From a virus, in IMG/VR virus record IMGVR_UViG_3300045988_039444: a stretch of DNA of 64,000 bases; one strand, 5' to 3'. Below are positions 39,014 to 47,566 of this stretch, piece after piece. Both the position numbers and the translations under genes were made by a program. The stretch's first letter is position 1. Each line of letters starts with the position of its first letter. The notes below the pieces were generated by a model. The model worked only from the letters and a program-made list of their open reading frames with translations, did not search any database and was not told where the DNA came from.

Positions 39014-39532
39014 TTAAATAACCCTAAAATATTCCCAAACCTTATCACTACTTGCATCTTCATCCTCAAACCAATTAGCAATAGTAGCTTCAATAATCTT
39101 TTCTTCTATTTCACTATCATTTGCATTTGAGAACCATTTTTCATATAAATCAATATTATCGTGATATTGTGCATTAAGAGCTACATAAACATCCCACATA
39201 GTAACATCCTTATCCAAAGGACGTATTCTCCTATCATATATCTTTTTAGCGTTTTCAATACTGAATAAAGGAGTATCAATCTTAACACCTTTATTATTAG
39301 TATGATACATTTGAGAAACTTGATATATAGCATAAGGTTCATTAAAATGTTTACCAGCTAAACGTTCATGGAAATCTTTCATTATTTCGAATAAATCTTC
39401 TTCATCAATATCTGTATTTTCACAAACAGCTTCTTTGAAATGACAAACTAAATCCCAAGCATTAGAAGAATCAATACGAATAGTTTGTTTATAATGTTCA
39501 ATTAATTTATTCAGATTTTCCATATTTTTCAA
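39014..39532 (-). CDS. Hypothetical acidic protein (172 aa).
   Basis: ORF ending 24 nt upstream of the terminator hairpin. Confidence 0.6.
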   Translation of the reverse strand: MKNMENLNKLIEHYKQTIRIDSSNAWDLVCHFKEAVCENTDIDEEDLFEIMKDFHERLAGKHFNEPYAIYQVSQMYHTNNKGVKIDTPLFSIENAKKIYDRRIRPLDKDVTMWDVYVALNAQYHDNIDLYEKWFSNANDSEIEEKIIEATIANWFEDEDASSDKVWEYFRVI

Positions 39533-39884
39533 TATTAGTTTTCAGTTCATTAAAATCATCTTTATCAAAAATAACAGTTTTATTCATAAATGGAATAGTT
39601 ACTTTTATAGAACCTTCACCAATAGTTACACCATTAATTGTATTAGCTTTTGAAACAATCAATCGATCAATCATATCAGTAAGTAAACCATCTCCATCAA
39701 TCATGCCTTTTTCATCTGTAATTAACGAAAGAGCTTTATCTAATTTTGATACATTAGTATCTACAATTTTAGATAAATAAGGTTTGGCTACAATATCAAA
39801 AAGAGGATTACTACTCGAAATATCTGCAATTTTACTATTTATAAATTTCAGAATCTCTTCAATTAAATTATCTTTATTAATCAT
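39507..39884 (-). CDS. Hypothetical protein (125 aa).
   Basis: ORF with a 26-nt overlap with the downstream gene. Confidence 0.55.
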   Translation of the reverse strand: MINKDNLIEEILKFINSKIADISSSNPLFDIVAKPYLSKIVDTNVSKLDKALSLITDEKGMIDGDGLLTDMIDRLIVSKANTINGVTIGEGSIKVTIPFMNKTVIFDKDDFNELKTNIEKYGKSE

Positions 39885-39887
39885 AAT

Positions 39888-40379
39888 TTACTTATTAATA
39901 GATTCACAAAATTCTTTATATGTAAGATTAGGATTGGCTTTAGCTGCAATTTGGAACTTTTCAAAAAGTTCAAGTTTCTTATTGGATTCAGCAATTATTG
40001 CATTCTTACTCGACTTAACATAATTAAGTTGTTGAGTAAGTAATTCTTTTCCATTAGGAGATTGTTCAATAACATTTTTAACAGAATTAATTAATGCTTC
40101 TTGAATAAGTTGTTTAAGTTGGTTATCTATTTGAATATATTTAGCGTCACTAAATAATATATTTCGTTGTTCATCGTTTAAGCTACCAATTTCAGAATCA
40201 ATAGCCGACCAAAGAGAGTTATTAGGATTATTAGCTGGTTGAACAGTATTTGACATACGTTCTTTCATAGCTTGAAGATACTGAACTCTCTCATCTATTT
40301 CTTTACTATAATCAACCATTTGAGGAAAAGGATTAGAAAGAATAGGGTCGTATCCAATATTAAATGTAGGGCCATTCAT
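39888..40379 (-). CDS. Hypothetical protein (163 aa).
   Basis: ORF tightly packed with neighbours. Confidence 0.6.
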   Translation of the reverse strand: MNGPTFNIGYDPILSNPFPQMVDYSKEIDERVQYLQAMKERMSNTVQPANNPNNSLWSAIDSEIGSLNDEQRNILFSDAKYIQIDNQLKQLIQEALINSVKNVIEQSPNGKELLTQQLNYVKSSKNAIIAESNKKLELFEKFQIAAKANPNLTYKEFCESINK

Positions 40380-40454
40380 AGTTGTAAGAATTTAATTAAA
40401 AGGAGAAGCACTCCGATTTTTATATCGGAATACTTCTCGAATTGAAAGAGTAAA

Positions 40455-41081
40455 TTAATTAGCAGGAGCCGGAGCACTTTGTGCAGGGCACGAGTAAGGA
40501 TTATAAGCAGGATAACCAGTTACAGTCGGAGTGTTAGGAAGAACAACTTCACCAGTAATCATACGGCAAGTACGACGGAACAGATTGAAATCAGCCTGTT
40601 CAGCAACTCGCGTAATAGCTGCTTGAATAAGAGCATCCTGATAAGGACGAGTTGCACGAAGAACAGCAACTTCTTTCTCAAGTTCACTAACACGAGCATT
40701 CGTAACATCAAAACCATCACGCTGACTTTTGTACAGACCAAAATCTGCATCAATCTGACTCTTATAAAGACCAAACATTTCAGCTTCAATTTGATGACGG
40801 TCATTGCAACGAGCCGTTTGACCATTAAAAGCAAGAGACCACATACCATTAATAAGTTCACACTTATCTTCCTTTTCAACATCTGCGGCGACAGCACCAG
40901 CTGCTCCCATTCGATTACCGAATAAACCACCGCCAAGACCACCGCTTAACAACCATAAAGCCGTACCTGCAATACCAAGTCCAAGACCAGTACCAGCAAC
41001 GCCTTTCGAAGCATACTCTTTCTTGTCATGTCCAGAAACTTCAACCATCTCATGGCCAGTTTCAGTATCAATCATTTTCAT
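40455..41081 (-). CDS. Gly-zipper membrane protein (208 aa).
   Basis: ORF with GLGLGIAGTALWLLSGGLGGGLFGNRMGAAGAVAA glycine-zipper hydrophobic segment. C-terminus is Pro/Ala-rich. Confidence 0.65.
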   Translation of the reverse strand: MKMIDTETGHEMVEVSGHDKKEYASKGVAGTGLGLGIAGTALWLLSGGLGGGLFGNRMGAAGAVAADVEKEDKCELINGMWSLAFNGQTARCNDRHQIEAEMFGLYKSQIDADFGLYKSQRDGFDVTNARVSELEKEVAVLRATRPYQDALIQAAITRVAEQADFNLFRRTCRMITGEVVLPNTPTVTGYPAYNPYSCPAQSAPAPAN

Positions 41082-41171
41082 ACAATTATTGATATTAGTT
41101 TGTTTGTTATTAAATGATAGAGTAATCGACTACACTACAAACTTACAACTAATATCTCCAATAACATAAGG

Positions 41172-41211
41172 ATATGAAAAATCCCGTAACCTATTAAGAT
41201 TACGGGATTTA
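41172..41211 (-). terminator. Rho-independent terminator after the 117-aa gene.
   Basis: On the minus strand: AAATCCCGTAA-loop-TTACGGGATTT (11-bp stem) followed by TTTTCAT. Confidence 0.55.
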
Positions 41212-41227
41212 CAAGCGCAAAAGGTTA

Positions 41228-41581
41228 TTAATCATTATTATTAGCCAAATAACGTTTAGCTTCATCTAAATCTTTAAGAACCCAACTAAGTTCATTAAAT
41301 ACTAAACGTTTACGACCATGAGGAATAATACCTTTTCTGACAAGATAATCAAATTTATTAGATGTAATATGAAGAACATGTTCACAAGCATAAGCTTTTG
41401 AAACAGTAGCTACACCTTTATTGAGCATTGTAAGATGGTCTATAATAACAGAAGCTTCTTCCTCAGTTATATTAGTATTTCCAGCATTAACATTCTCAAG
41501 AGTATTTTCGAGAATTGCTACAAGAGCTTTCTTATAATCCACCATCTTTTTAATCAGTAATTTTACACCTTTTCTTAACAT
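41228..41581 (-). CDS. Hypothetical protein (117 aa).
   Basis: ORF followed by a terminator hairpin. Confidence 0.55.
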   Translation of the reverse strand: MLRKGVKLLIKKMVDYKKALVAILENTLENVNAGNTNITEEEASVIIDHLTMLNKGVATVSKAYACEHVLHITSNKFDYLVRKGIIPHGRKRLVFNELSWVLKDLDEAKRYLANNND

Positions 41582-41930
41582 ACCAAATTAGTGCTATAAA
41601 TATACCTGCAAGAATATAATGAATTGTAAGTAATAAACCGTCACTACACTCACCAATATTAGTATAACGAATTAGCAGAATATATGATAGCACAAATAGG
41701 TCATAAGTTATAACAATTTTATGCCAATAACAAAAGTTAAATACATAACTACAAGCATACATCATTATAACGAAAGCTAACGAACTACCAACAGTAATAT
41801 CAAATAAATCTAATATTACATCTTTGACATCTAACATTGCAAGTGTATTATTAATCAGAATACCCGCAGCAACAGCTACGGGTATCCATTTAGCAATTAA
41901 TAAGAACACTTTGTGCTTAAAGTTTGCCAT
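41550..41930 (-). CDS. Multi-pass membrane protein (126 aa; 3-4 TM helices).
   Basis: ORF with hydrophobic stretches FLLIAKWIPVAVAAGILI, LAFVIMMYACSYVF, FVLSYILLI and LAGIFIALIWYV. Confidence 0.6.
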   Translation of the reverse strand: MANFKHKVFLLIAKWIPVAVAAGILINNTLAMLDVKDVILDLFDITVGSSLAFVIMMYACSYVFNFCYWHKIVITYDLFVLSYILLIRYTNIGECSDGLLLTIHYILAGIFIALIWYVKKRCKITD

Positions 41931-41936
41931 AATGTT

Positions 41937-42023
41937 TTATTTCTTTTTAGAACCTTTCTTAATCTTCTTAACATCACCAGATTTAATGCCAGCCGTACCA
42001 GCACCACGAGTTACTTTTGCCAT
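41937..42023 (-). CDS. Small basic peptide gene (28 aa: MAKVTRGAGTAGIKSGDVKKIKKGSKKK). Not in the ORF track.
   Basis: ATG at 42023-42021 and TAA at 41939-41937. It fits exactly the 96-nt gap between two co-oriented membrane-protein genes, which is a tight-packing argument. Confidence 0.4.
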   Translation of the reverse strand: MAKVTRGAGTAGIKSGDVKKIKKGSKKK

Positions 42024-42026
42024 AAC

Positions 42027-42362
42027 TTAATTAGTTTTAGTAGTTTTATCAATTTTCTTATAATCAACACCAATCTTTTTTAGAATCGGTTTGAATATCC
42101 AACTCCAAGCAACTGGTGCAAGAATAGCAGAATTAATAAGAATTGTAGTATTCTCGTATCCACCTGCTACATATCCTGCGGCAATAGCAAAACAACTAAT
42201 TAACATAACCAGTCGTTTAGTCCATGTGCCAACAGATTTATCACCATTAATATCATCTATTGCTTTAATAAGTATATATGTTAAAACATTCACACAAAGC
42301 ATAAATGATAAATCGAAATGAGTACTGAATAACTCAACGAAATGTCCTACGAGTTGTTCCAT
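42027..42362 (-). CDS. Small membrane protein (111 aa; 2-3 TM). Holin-like topology, function unproven.
   Basis: ORF with TM segments LSFMLCVNVLTYILI, LVMLISCFAIAAGYVAGG and ILAPVAWSWIFKPIL, and a charged C-terminus. Confidence 0.6.
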   Translation of the reverse strand: MEQLVGHFVELFSTHFDLSFMLCVNVLTYILIKAIDDINGDKSVGTWTKRLVMLISCFAIAAGYVAGGYENTTILINSAILAPVAWSWIFKPILKKIGVDYKKIDKTTKTN

Positions 42363-42378
42363 TTACCATTCATCAATT

Positions 42379-42801
42379 TCATCGACCACCATATTTCTTA
42401 TTTGGAATATATTTTAAGAAACTAAAAGGAAACAATTTCTTTCTAAAATCTTTATCAGATTCTAAAGTTCTTGCTTCACCTTCAAAACAAATATCTTTAT
42501 AAGCTCGATTATAAGGAGGTAATATAATTTCAATTATCCAACTAATAACATAAGCTAATAAAGAAAATATTGGAGTAGCAAGCAAAGCCCACCAAGAATA
42601 ACTTGTAGTAAGACTTAATATAATACTAACCAACAAACTTGTAATAAAAAGAGTAATTTGTTGATAACTATGAACGGTTTCATGTCGTTCAACAGTTTCA
42701 GTAATTTTATCTTTGTATTCAGTTCGTATGATTAACCACCATAATATCGTCATACATAAATACCCTTTGAACGGTAGGAATTTACAATAGACTTTAATCA
42801 T
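42379..42801 (-). CDS. Membrane protein (140 aa; 3 TM) with an H-E-T-V-H motif.
   Basis: ORF with hydrophobic segments and the motif ERHETVHSYQQ. Confidence 0.6.
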   Translation of the reverse strand: MIKVYCKFLPFKGYLCMTILWWLIIRTEYKDKITETVERHETVHSYQQITLFITSLLVSIILSLTTSYSWWALLATPIFSLLAYVISWIIEIILPPYNRAYKDICFEGEARTLESDKDFRKKLFPFSFLKYIPNKKYGGR

Positions 42802-42805
42802 GATT

Positions 42806-43606
42806 TTATTTTAATTGAATTTGTTTATAACAATTAGCGTGTATAGTATTCATAAAATTTTCAGCAACTCCGCTATCATCAATAACTAAACCATCTTCAT
42901 AACCTTGTAACTTCATTATCTTTTCCCATTCAGATTTTACTGTCATATAATTATAAACAGTTCTTTGTAAAATACTCATAGCACCTGAATAATTATCATC
43001 TTCAACATCGCTTAATTTAATAAGACTATGAATACAAATTGGTACTATAAAATCAATATTCACCATACCCATAATGCAATTATATACATAAGTGATATAA
43101 TCAGAATCAGTATATATAATTGTTACAATGGAAGGTTTCTTTACTTCTTTTTCTTTAGGTACTAAATCATAATATGTAATCTTAAGAGCAGTAAATCTTC
43201 GAATGATAACATCCAAACTTGCAGTGAGATAATCCAAATTATCATCTGTCATACTTTTAAGTAAGGTGACATTCGGAACAGCATACTTAATATTAGCATT
43301 TGCAGAATTAGTTAAATTATTTATAGTACTAAATATGATAAATACTGGAACTGGTTTTGTACCATTTTTAATATCATTATTAAAAAATAAATGAAGACTA
43401 ACAGATAATTGAGACATATATACACCATGTAAACTTCTATAATTCTTTATAGAAAGTTTAATGTTATTTTCATCACCATTTATATTCAAACTACCATCAG
43501 GTGAACCAATAATATTAAATATAGAATCTATAAGATTACCGAATTGAGCTTGTGTAGGTATTTTACCTGTTTCAAAATATTGTTTAAGCTGACTTTTAGT
43601 TGCCAT
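42806..43606 (-). CDS. Tail-fibre/receptor-binding-like protein, paralog A (266 aa), with the shared N-terminal anchor motif.
   Basis: N-terminus MATKSQLKQYFETGKIPTQAQFGNLIDSI matches the N-termini of the two genes immediately upstream. The C-terminal part is divergent. Confidence 0.7.
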   Translation of the reverse strand: MATKSQLKQYFETGKIPTQAQFGNLIDSIFNIIGSPDGSLNINGDENNIKLSIKNYRSLHGVYMSQLSVSLHLFFNNDIKNGTKPVPVFIIFSTINNLTNSANANIKYAVPNVTLLKSMTDDNLDYLTASLDVIIRRFTALKITYYDLVPKEKEVKKPSIVTIIYTDSDYITYVYNCIMGMVNIDFIVPICIHSLIKLSDVEDDNYSGAMSILQRTVYNYMTVKSEWEKIMKLQGYEDGLVIDDSGVAENFMNTIHANCYKQIQLK

Positions 43607-43653
43607 AAATTTAATTGTATTGTTTACATCAACAATACAATTAAATCAAATAA

Positions 43654-44390
43654 CTATATTGTTGATACATTTACATTATCAAAATAAGTATTACAGATTT
43701 CAGCACAAACATCGTAAGTCATACCAAAATCTTGAGTAAATAAATCTTTACTCAAATCTATAAGATTCGCACTCTCTTTTAATACACCAAAATTATGATG
43801 CGTTACTAGACCTTGGATATTAGAAGCAAACCATTCGTATGTAGTAGGAACATAGATTTCTCTAATATCTATAGCTAAATCCCAAGCAACTTTAGTTTTT
43901 ACACACTTAAAAGTAAAAGTATGAAATTCATTACCTTGGTCTATATAAACTGTTTTAACAAACGTATTACCTATATAATTCCATTGACAAGTTGCAGGAA
44001 TAGCATTTACTAAATCATTATCTGATACATCGTGTATAGATGCACCAGACAATGTATTATTCATTTCTAAAAGTTGTGCATCATTAAGAATTGTATATCT
44101 AAAATAAGCACCACCTTCTAATGGTCTACCACCATTAACTTCGAGAATAATATAAGGAACTATAATACCATTAGATGCATCATAAACACCTAAAAAGATA
44201 TATGTATAATTATCATCAAGAGCTACAAATCTATAACCCCAAACATAAGGAGTACTCGGATTATACAGTTTTAATGTACTGTCCCCCCTGTTAAATCACT
44301 ATTTGGAATTTTATTTATTAAATTTTCAAAATCAGCTTATGTAGGAATTTTCCCAGTTTGAAACAAGTCTTTAATTTGTGCAATAGTCAT
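43654..44390 (-). pseudogene. Disrupted tail-fibre-like gene, paralog C. Either a pseudogene or a phase-variable OFF state.
   Basis: The conserved N-terminus MTIAQIKDLFQTGKIPT is interrupted by in-frame TAA (44339-44337) at the position of the conserved Gln (IPTQ) in paralogs A and B. Beyond that, a frameshift at a G6 tract (44288-44283) separates it from the 136-aa ORF 43654..44064. The sequence after the tract in the +1 frame (DSTLKLY…YIFLGVYDASNG) is homologous to paralog B (DSTDRLY…YFLIGAWDDEIGG). Confidence 0.7.
44283..44288. repeat. Poly-G tract (G6 on the coding strand, C6 on the plus strand) at the frameshift site of paralog C.
   Basis: gtCCCCCCtg. G7 or G10 would restore the frame shared with the downstream 136-aa ORF. 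Confidence 0.8.
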
Positions 44391-44459
44391 AGTAATAATA
44401 GTTAAAGTTTGACATATATTGATTAAACTCTAACTATTATTACTAATAACAGTCAGAGT

Positions 44460-45152
44460 TTAATATAGTAGTTTTTTACTAAATTTACCAGCGTTTTTTA
44501 AATCATTTGCGACAACACTGTCAATAGCAGTCCATTTAGTTTGAGAATTACCAGTACAACGATAAACATATAAATCATTGGAACCACCCATATCAACATC
44601 CATTGCGAAAGCATAACCAACATACCATATACCATTTTGCAATACAGGATAAATACGATATGTTATATTGTTTGATTGAATGGTTCGAGGTGACGGATTA
44701 TTATTAGTAGGTTGTGTGATATTAAACCACGTCCAACCAGAACCTTTAATATTATTAATTAAATCTATTTCATCAGCAGTATTAATATCGCCAACTTCAG
44801 ATTCAAAACGCGCTCTATCTGTTTTATCTAATAAATGATAAGTTATATTAAAATTGGCACCGCTAACAGCATTATCTTGAAAACAAATAACTGCTACAAG
44901 ATAATTACCTCCAATTTCATCATCCCAAGCACCAATTAAAAAATAACTACAATAATCATTATAAATATATCTAAGAGATTTAACATATAGTCTATCGGTA
45001 CTATCTCCATTTCCGAAACCTATTGTTGTATCACCATTCCCCCCCCCCAATGGCATACTCAACATACCATCAATAAGGTTGGCAAAATCAGTTTGAGTTG
45101 GTATAGCACCAGCAACAAATTTTGCTTTTAAAGCAGATTTAGATAAAGCCAT
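44460..45152 (-). CDS. Tail-fibre/receptor-binding-like protein, paralog B (230 aa), containing an in-frame G10 tract.
   Basis: N-terminus MALSKSALKAKFVAGAIPTQTDFANLIDGM. The G10 tract (45048-45039) encodes the GGG of …MPLGGGNGD…. Confidence 0.75.
   Translation of the reverse strand: MALSKSALKAKFVAGAIPTQTDFANLIDGMLSMPLGGGNGDTTIGFGNGDSTDRLYVKSLRYIYNDYCSYFLIGAWDDEIGGNYLVAVICFQDNAVSGANFNITYHLLDKTDRARFESEVGDINTADEIDLINNIKGSGWTWFNITQPTNNNPSPRTIQSNNITYRIYPVLQNGIWYVGYAFAMDVDMGGSNDLYVYRCTGNSQTKWTAIDSVVANDLKNAGKFSKKLLY
45039..45048. repeat. Poly-G homopolymer (G10 on the coding strand) inside paralog B. Candidate slipped-strand contingency tract.
   Basis: ccattCCCCCCCCCCaatgg on the plus strand. It is by far the longest G/C run in a window of about 30% GC. 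Confidence 0.85.
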
Positions 45153-45161
45153 AACTTTTAA

Positions 45162-46877
45162 TTAATTAAGATTAGTAACAATACGTTTAATTTTAGCAAA
45201 CAAACTTTCAGATTTAGTTTCTACTGCAACTTCAACAGGTTCTTCTGATAAAGTTTGAACATCATTAGAACGAGTATTTGGTGTACGACCAACTTGGAAA
45301 ATATAGTGGTCAACACCATCACCTTGTATCTGCATATACCCAATACCATCCGGGCCAGCTGCTTGTGTAACACTAACTGACTTAGAAGTAGCACCAGAAT
45401 AACTTGCAGTTACAGTAGCAGTTTTTGCTCCAATAGGATTATTAGCTGCTGTTAATTTATTACCACTTAATGTAAAACCTCCCGGATTAGTTGTTAAAGC
45501 TAACGTAGGAGTTGCAGATTCAGTAATAGCTGTTCCAATAGAACCAGATGTATAAACAGGAATTTTAGTTCTCGTACAACTTGCTGTAATAGTAGAAGTT
45601 CCACCTGATGCAGCAATAGTTGTAGGATTTGCCGAAATAGCAATATTCCAACTACCGTAATTATAAGATTCAATTTTGTTAGCCGCTTGATAAATATATA
45701 TTGTTCCACTTGCAGATTTACCATTAGCCGACCAAGTAACAGCTTGACTTTTAACAGTAGTTTGAGCTGAAACAGTTGTACCCTTCGAAGAAGCAGTAGC
45801 AGTAATGGAAGATACATTCGGAACAACATTAGCAGTTCCACTTGAAGCAGCTTCAGTAGTAACATCTTTTGTAGCACCAGATGTATATTCGTAAGTAGTA
45901 ATTGTAGCAGATTTATTCCAAGTTTGACTACCATTTCCGGCAGTTGCAGTAGCAGAACCTCCAGATGCAGGAATAGTTTTATTTGAAATAGTACCAGCTA
46001 CAATATTACCGTAAGTATAAATTCCACCAGATATAGACTTAACACTTTCAAGATTTTTCTCTTGATATAAATAATATGTTGTCTTTTTAGAACCCCAAGT
46101 TACTTTAATAGAAGCACTTCTATTGTTTGAATAAATAGTTGTTCCAGCAGAAGGACAAGTCCATGTATGTTTTGCAGAATCCCATGTACCAAAAGTAACA
46201 TTACCAAAGGTACATTCATCACTAACATTAGTTTCAGAACTATCTCCGCTGGTATAATCATATATAGCAAAAGTATAAACCCAAACCGTACCACCGTTAG
46301 CTTTAACAGTATTTTGTCCAGTTAAAGGATTAGAACTTGTATATCTATTAGTTATTTCTCGTAATGTTTGAGAATTAGCTTCTTGTTTAATAACAATATT
46401 TGCAGAAACAGTTTGACCATCGAACGTATTAGAGAACTTGCCAGTTACATTAATACTCCGTTCAGTTCCTACAATAGTAGTTCGATTGCTTGCAGTAACT
46501 GTAACACCAGATATAGAAAATCCAGTAGCACTTCCTGATAGAACTGGAGTAACATTATCTGTACTAACTAAATTACCATTACGATACGTTTTAAGTACAG
46601 CTGTAATATTTGCAGTTCCACCTTTTGCGGCAATTTCAGTATTATCACTACTTAATATTAAATCATATGTATAAACAGATGCTTCTTGTTCAACAGTAAG
46701 AATAACTTGTTTACTGGAATCTTTTTTACACTTTCCAATAAACTGCATACTTCTCTTAGAAGTACCTTTTTGAACAGGTGATGAAATTTTAACAGTCTGA
46801 TTTCCTTGAAAAGAGGGAGATTCAATACTAATTGAATCTCCACTTCCGTCATTCCATTTATTAGTGATAACACTCAT
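45162..46877 (-). CDS. Ser/Thr-rich beta-repeat protein (571 aa) with a BACON-like N-terminal domain and tandem Ig-like repeats. Tail-fibre or decoration candidate.
   Basis: N-terminal …KWNDGSGDSISIESPSFQGNQTVKISS…KQVILTVEQEAS fits the BACON pattern. Repeated A/T/S/G-rich beta segments follow. The C-terminal motif DGIGYMQIQGDGVDHYIFQVG is shared with the 1024-aa protein. Confidence 0.7.
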   Translation of the reverse strand: MSVITNKWNDGSGDSISIESPSFQGNQTVKISSPVQKGTSKRSMQFIGKCKKDSSKQVILTVEQEASVYTYDLILSSDNTEIAAKGGTANITAVLKTYRNGNLVSTDNVTPVLSGSATGFSISGVTVTASNRTTIVGTERSINVTGKFSNTFDGQTVSANIVIKQEANSQTLREITNRYTSSNPLTGQNTVKANGGTVWVYTFAIYDYTSGDSSETNVSDECTFGNVTFGTWDSAKHTWTCPSAGTTIYSNNRSASIKVTWGSKKTTYYLYQEKNLESVKSISGGIYTYGNIVAGTISNKTIPASGGSATATAGNGSQTWNKSATITTYEYTSGATKDVTTEAASSGTANVVPNVSSITATASSKGTTVSAQTTVKSQAVTWSANGKSASGTIYIYQAANKIESYNYGSWNIAISANPTTIAASGGTSTITASCTRTKIPVYTSGSIGTAITESATPTLALTTNPGGFTLSGNKLTAANNPIGAKTATVTASYSGATSKSVSVTQAAGPDGIGYMQIQGDGVDHYIFQVGRTPNTRSNDVQTLSEEPVEVAVETKSESLFAKIKRIVTNLN

Positions 46878-46892
46878 AAATGATTAATTAAT

Positions 46893-47531
46893 TTATTCAG
46901 CAGGTTCGAATGTCCATTCGTCATTCGACAGAATCTTCAGAGTCTGCTCACCACCACCCTTCGGAATAGTAACAGTTGCAGTAGTTGTACCCTGCGAATT
47001 GAGATACAAATAGCTGTCACCAAGAGCCTGAGTAATAGTAATAGTTTTAACAACAGTCGAACCCTCACCCTTGATTTCAAGAGTTGCAGAACGAGCTGTG
47101 ATAGTTTCATTCTTCGGTACAACAACAGTAACATCATAAGTATATTCTCCAGTAGCACCGGGGTCACCAGCAATAGCAGTACCAGATGTAGCTGTTTTAC
47201 TACTATTAACCTTAAATGATGTTACATTTGCAATACCGAAGTTAGTTTTCCATGTAAACGTAAGAAGTTTCGAGTTAGACTTACCAGTTACATGAATTGT
47301 TTCACCACCTTTAGCAACATTAATAGTTAAACCATCGGGAGTGATAAATTCGTCAGCAGCCTTTTCAGTAACTATGACTCTAACTGTGTTAGTCTTTCCG
47401 ACAATCTTACCGGAAATTGCAGTACTTCTATCAGTACGACCAGTATAAGGATTCACAGAATTAATCTTAATCTGTGCATTTCCAGTACCAGTTTTAGGAA
47501 CCCATGATAAATAACTCGGAATAGTTGCCAT
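46893..47531 (-). CDS. BACON/Ig-like domain protein (212 aa).
   Basis: Beta-rich. Two …R(S/T)A(T/I)…G…V(V/R)…ITITQ-type segments (…TVRVIVTEKAA…, …ARSATLEIKGEGSTVVKTITITQALG). Confidence 0.65.
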   Translation of the reverse strand: MATIPSYLSWVPKTGTGNAQIKINSVNPYTGRTDRSTAISGKIVGKTNTVRVIVTEKAADEFITPDGLTINVAKGGETIHVTGKSNSKLLTFTWKTNFGIANVTSFKVNSSKTATSGTAIAGDPGATGEYTYDVTVVVPKNETITARSATLEIKGEGSTVVKTITITQALGDSYLYLNSQGTTTATVTIPKGGGEQTLKILSNDEWTFEPAE

Positions 47532-47566
47532 TTGTTTTTTTTTGGTCGATTAATTATAATAACAAA

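Noticed and set aside
40395-40426. Imperfect 13-bp inverted repeat GAAGCACTCCGAT-ttttat-ATCGGAATACTTC between the 163-aa and 208-aa genes.
   Set aside because: It has two mismatches in the stem and no flanking U-run, and lies in a 75-nt gap. It could be a weak attenuator or operator, but the evidence is insufficient.
44337-44339. TAA-to-Gln genetic-code reassignment.
   Set aside because: A single instance only. TAA clearly terminates many well-delimited genes in this window (for example 3824-3826). Known phage recodings involve TAG or TGA. A nonsense mutation or an error is more parsimonious.
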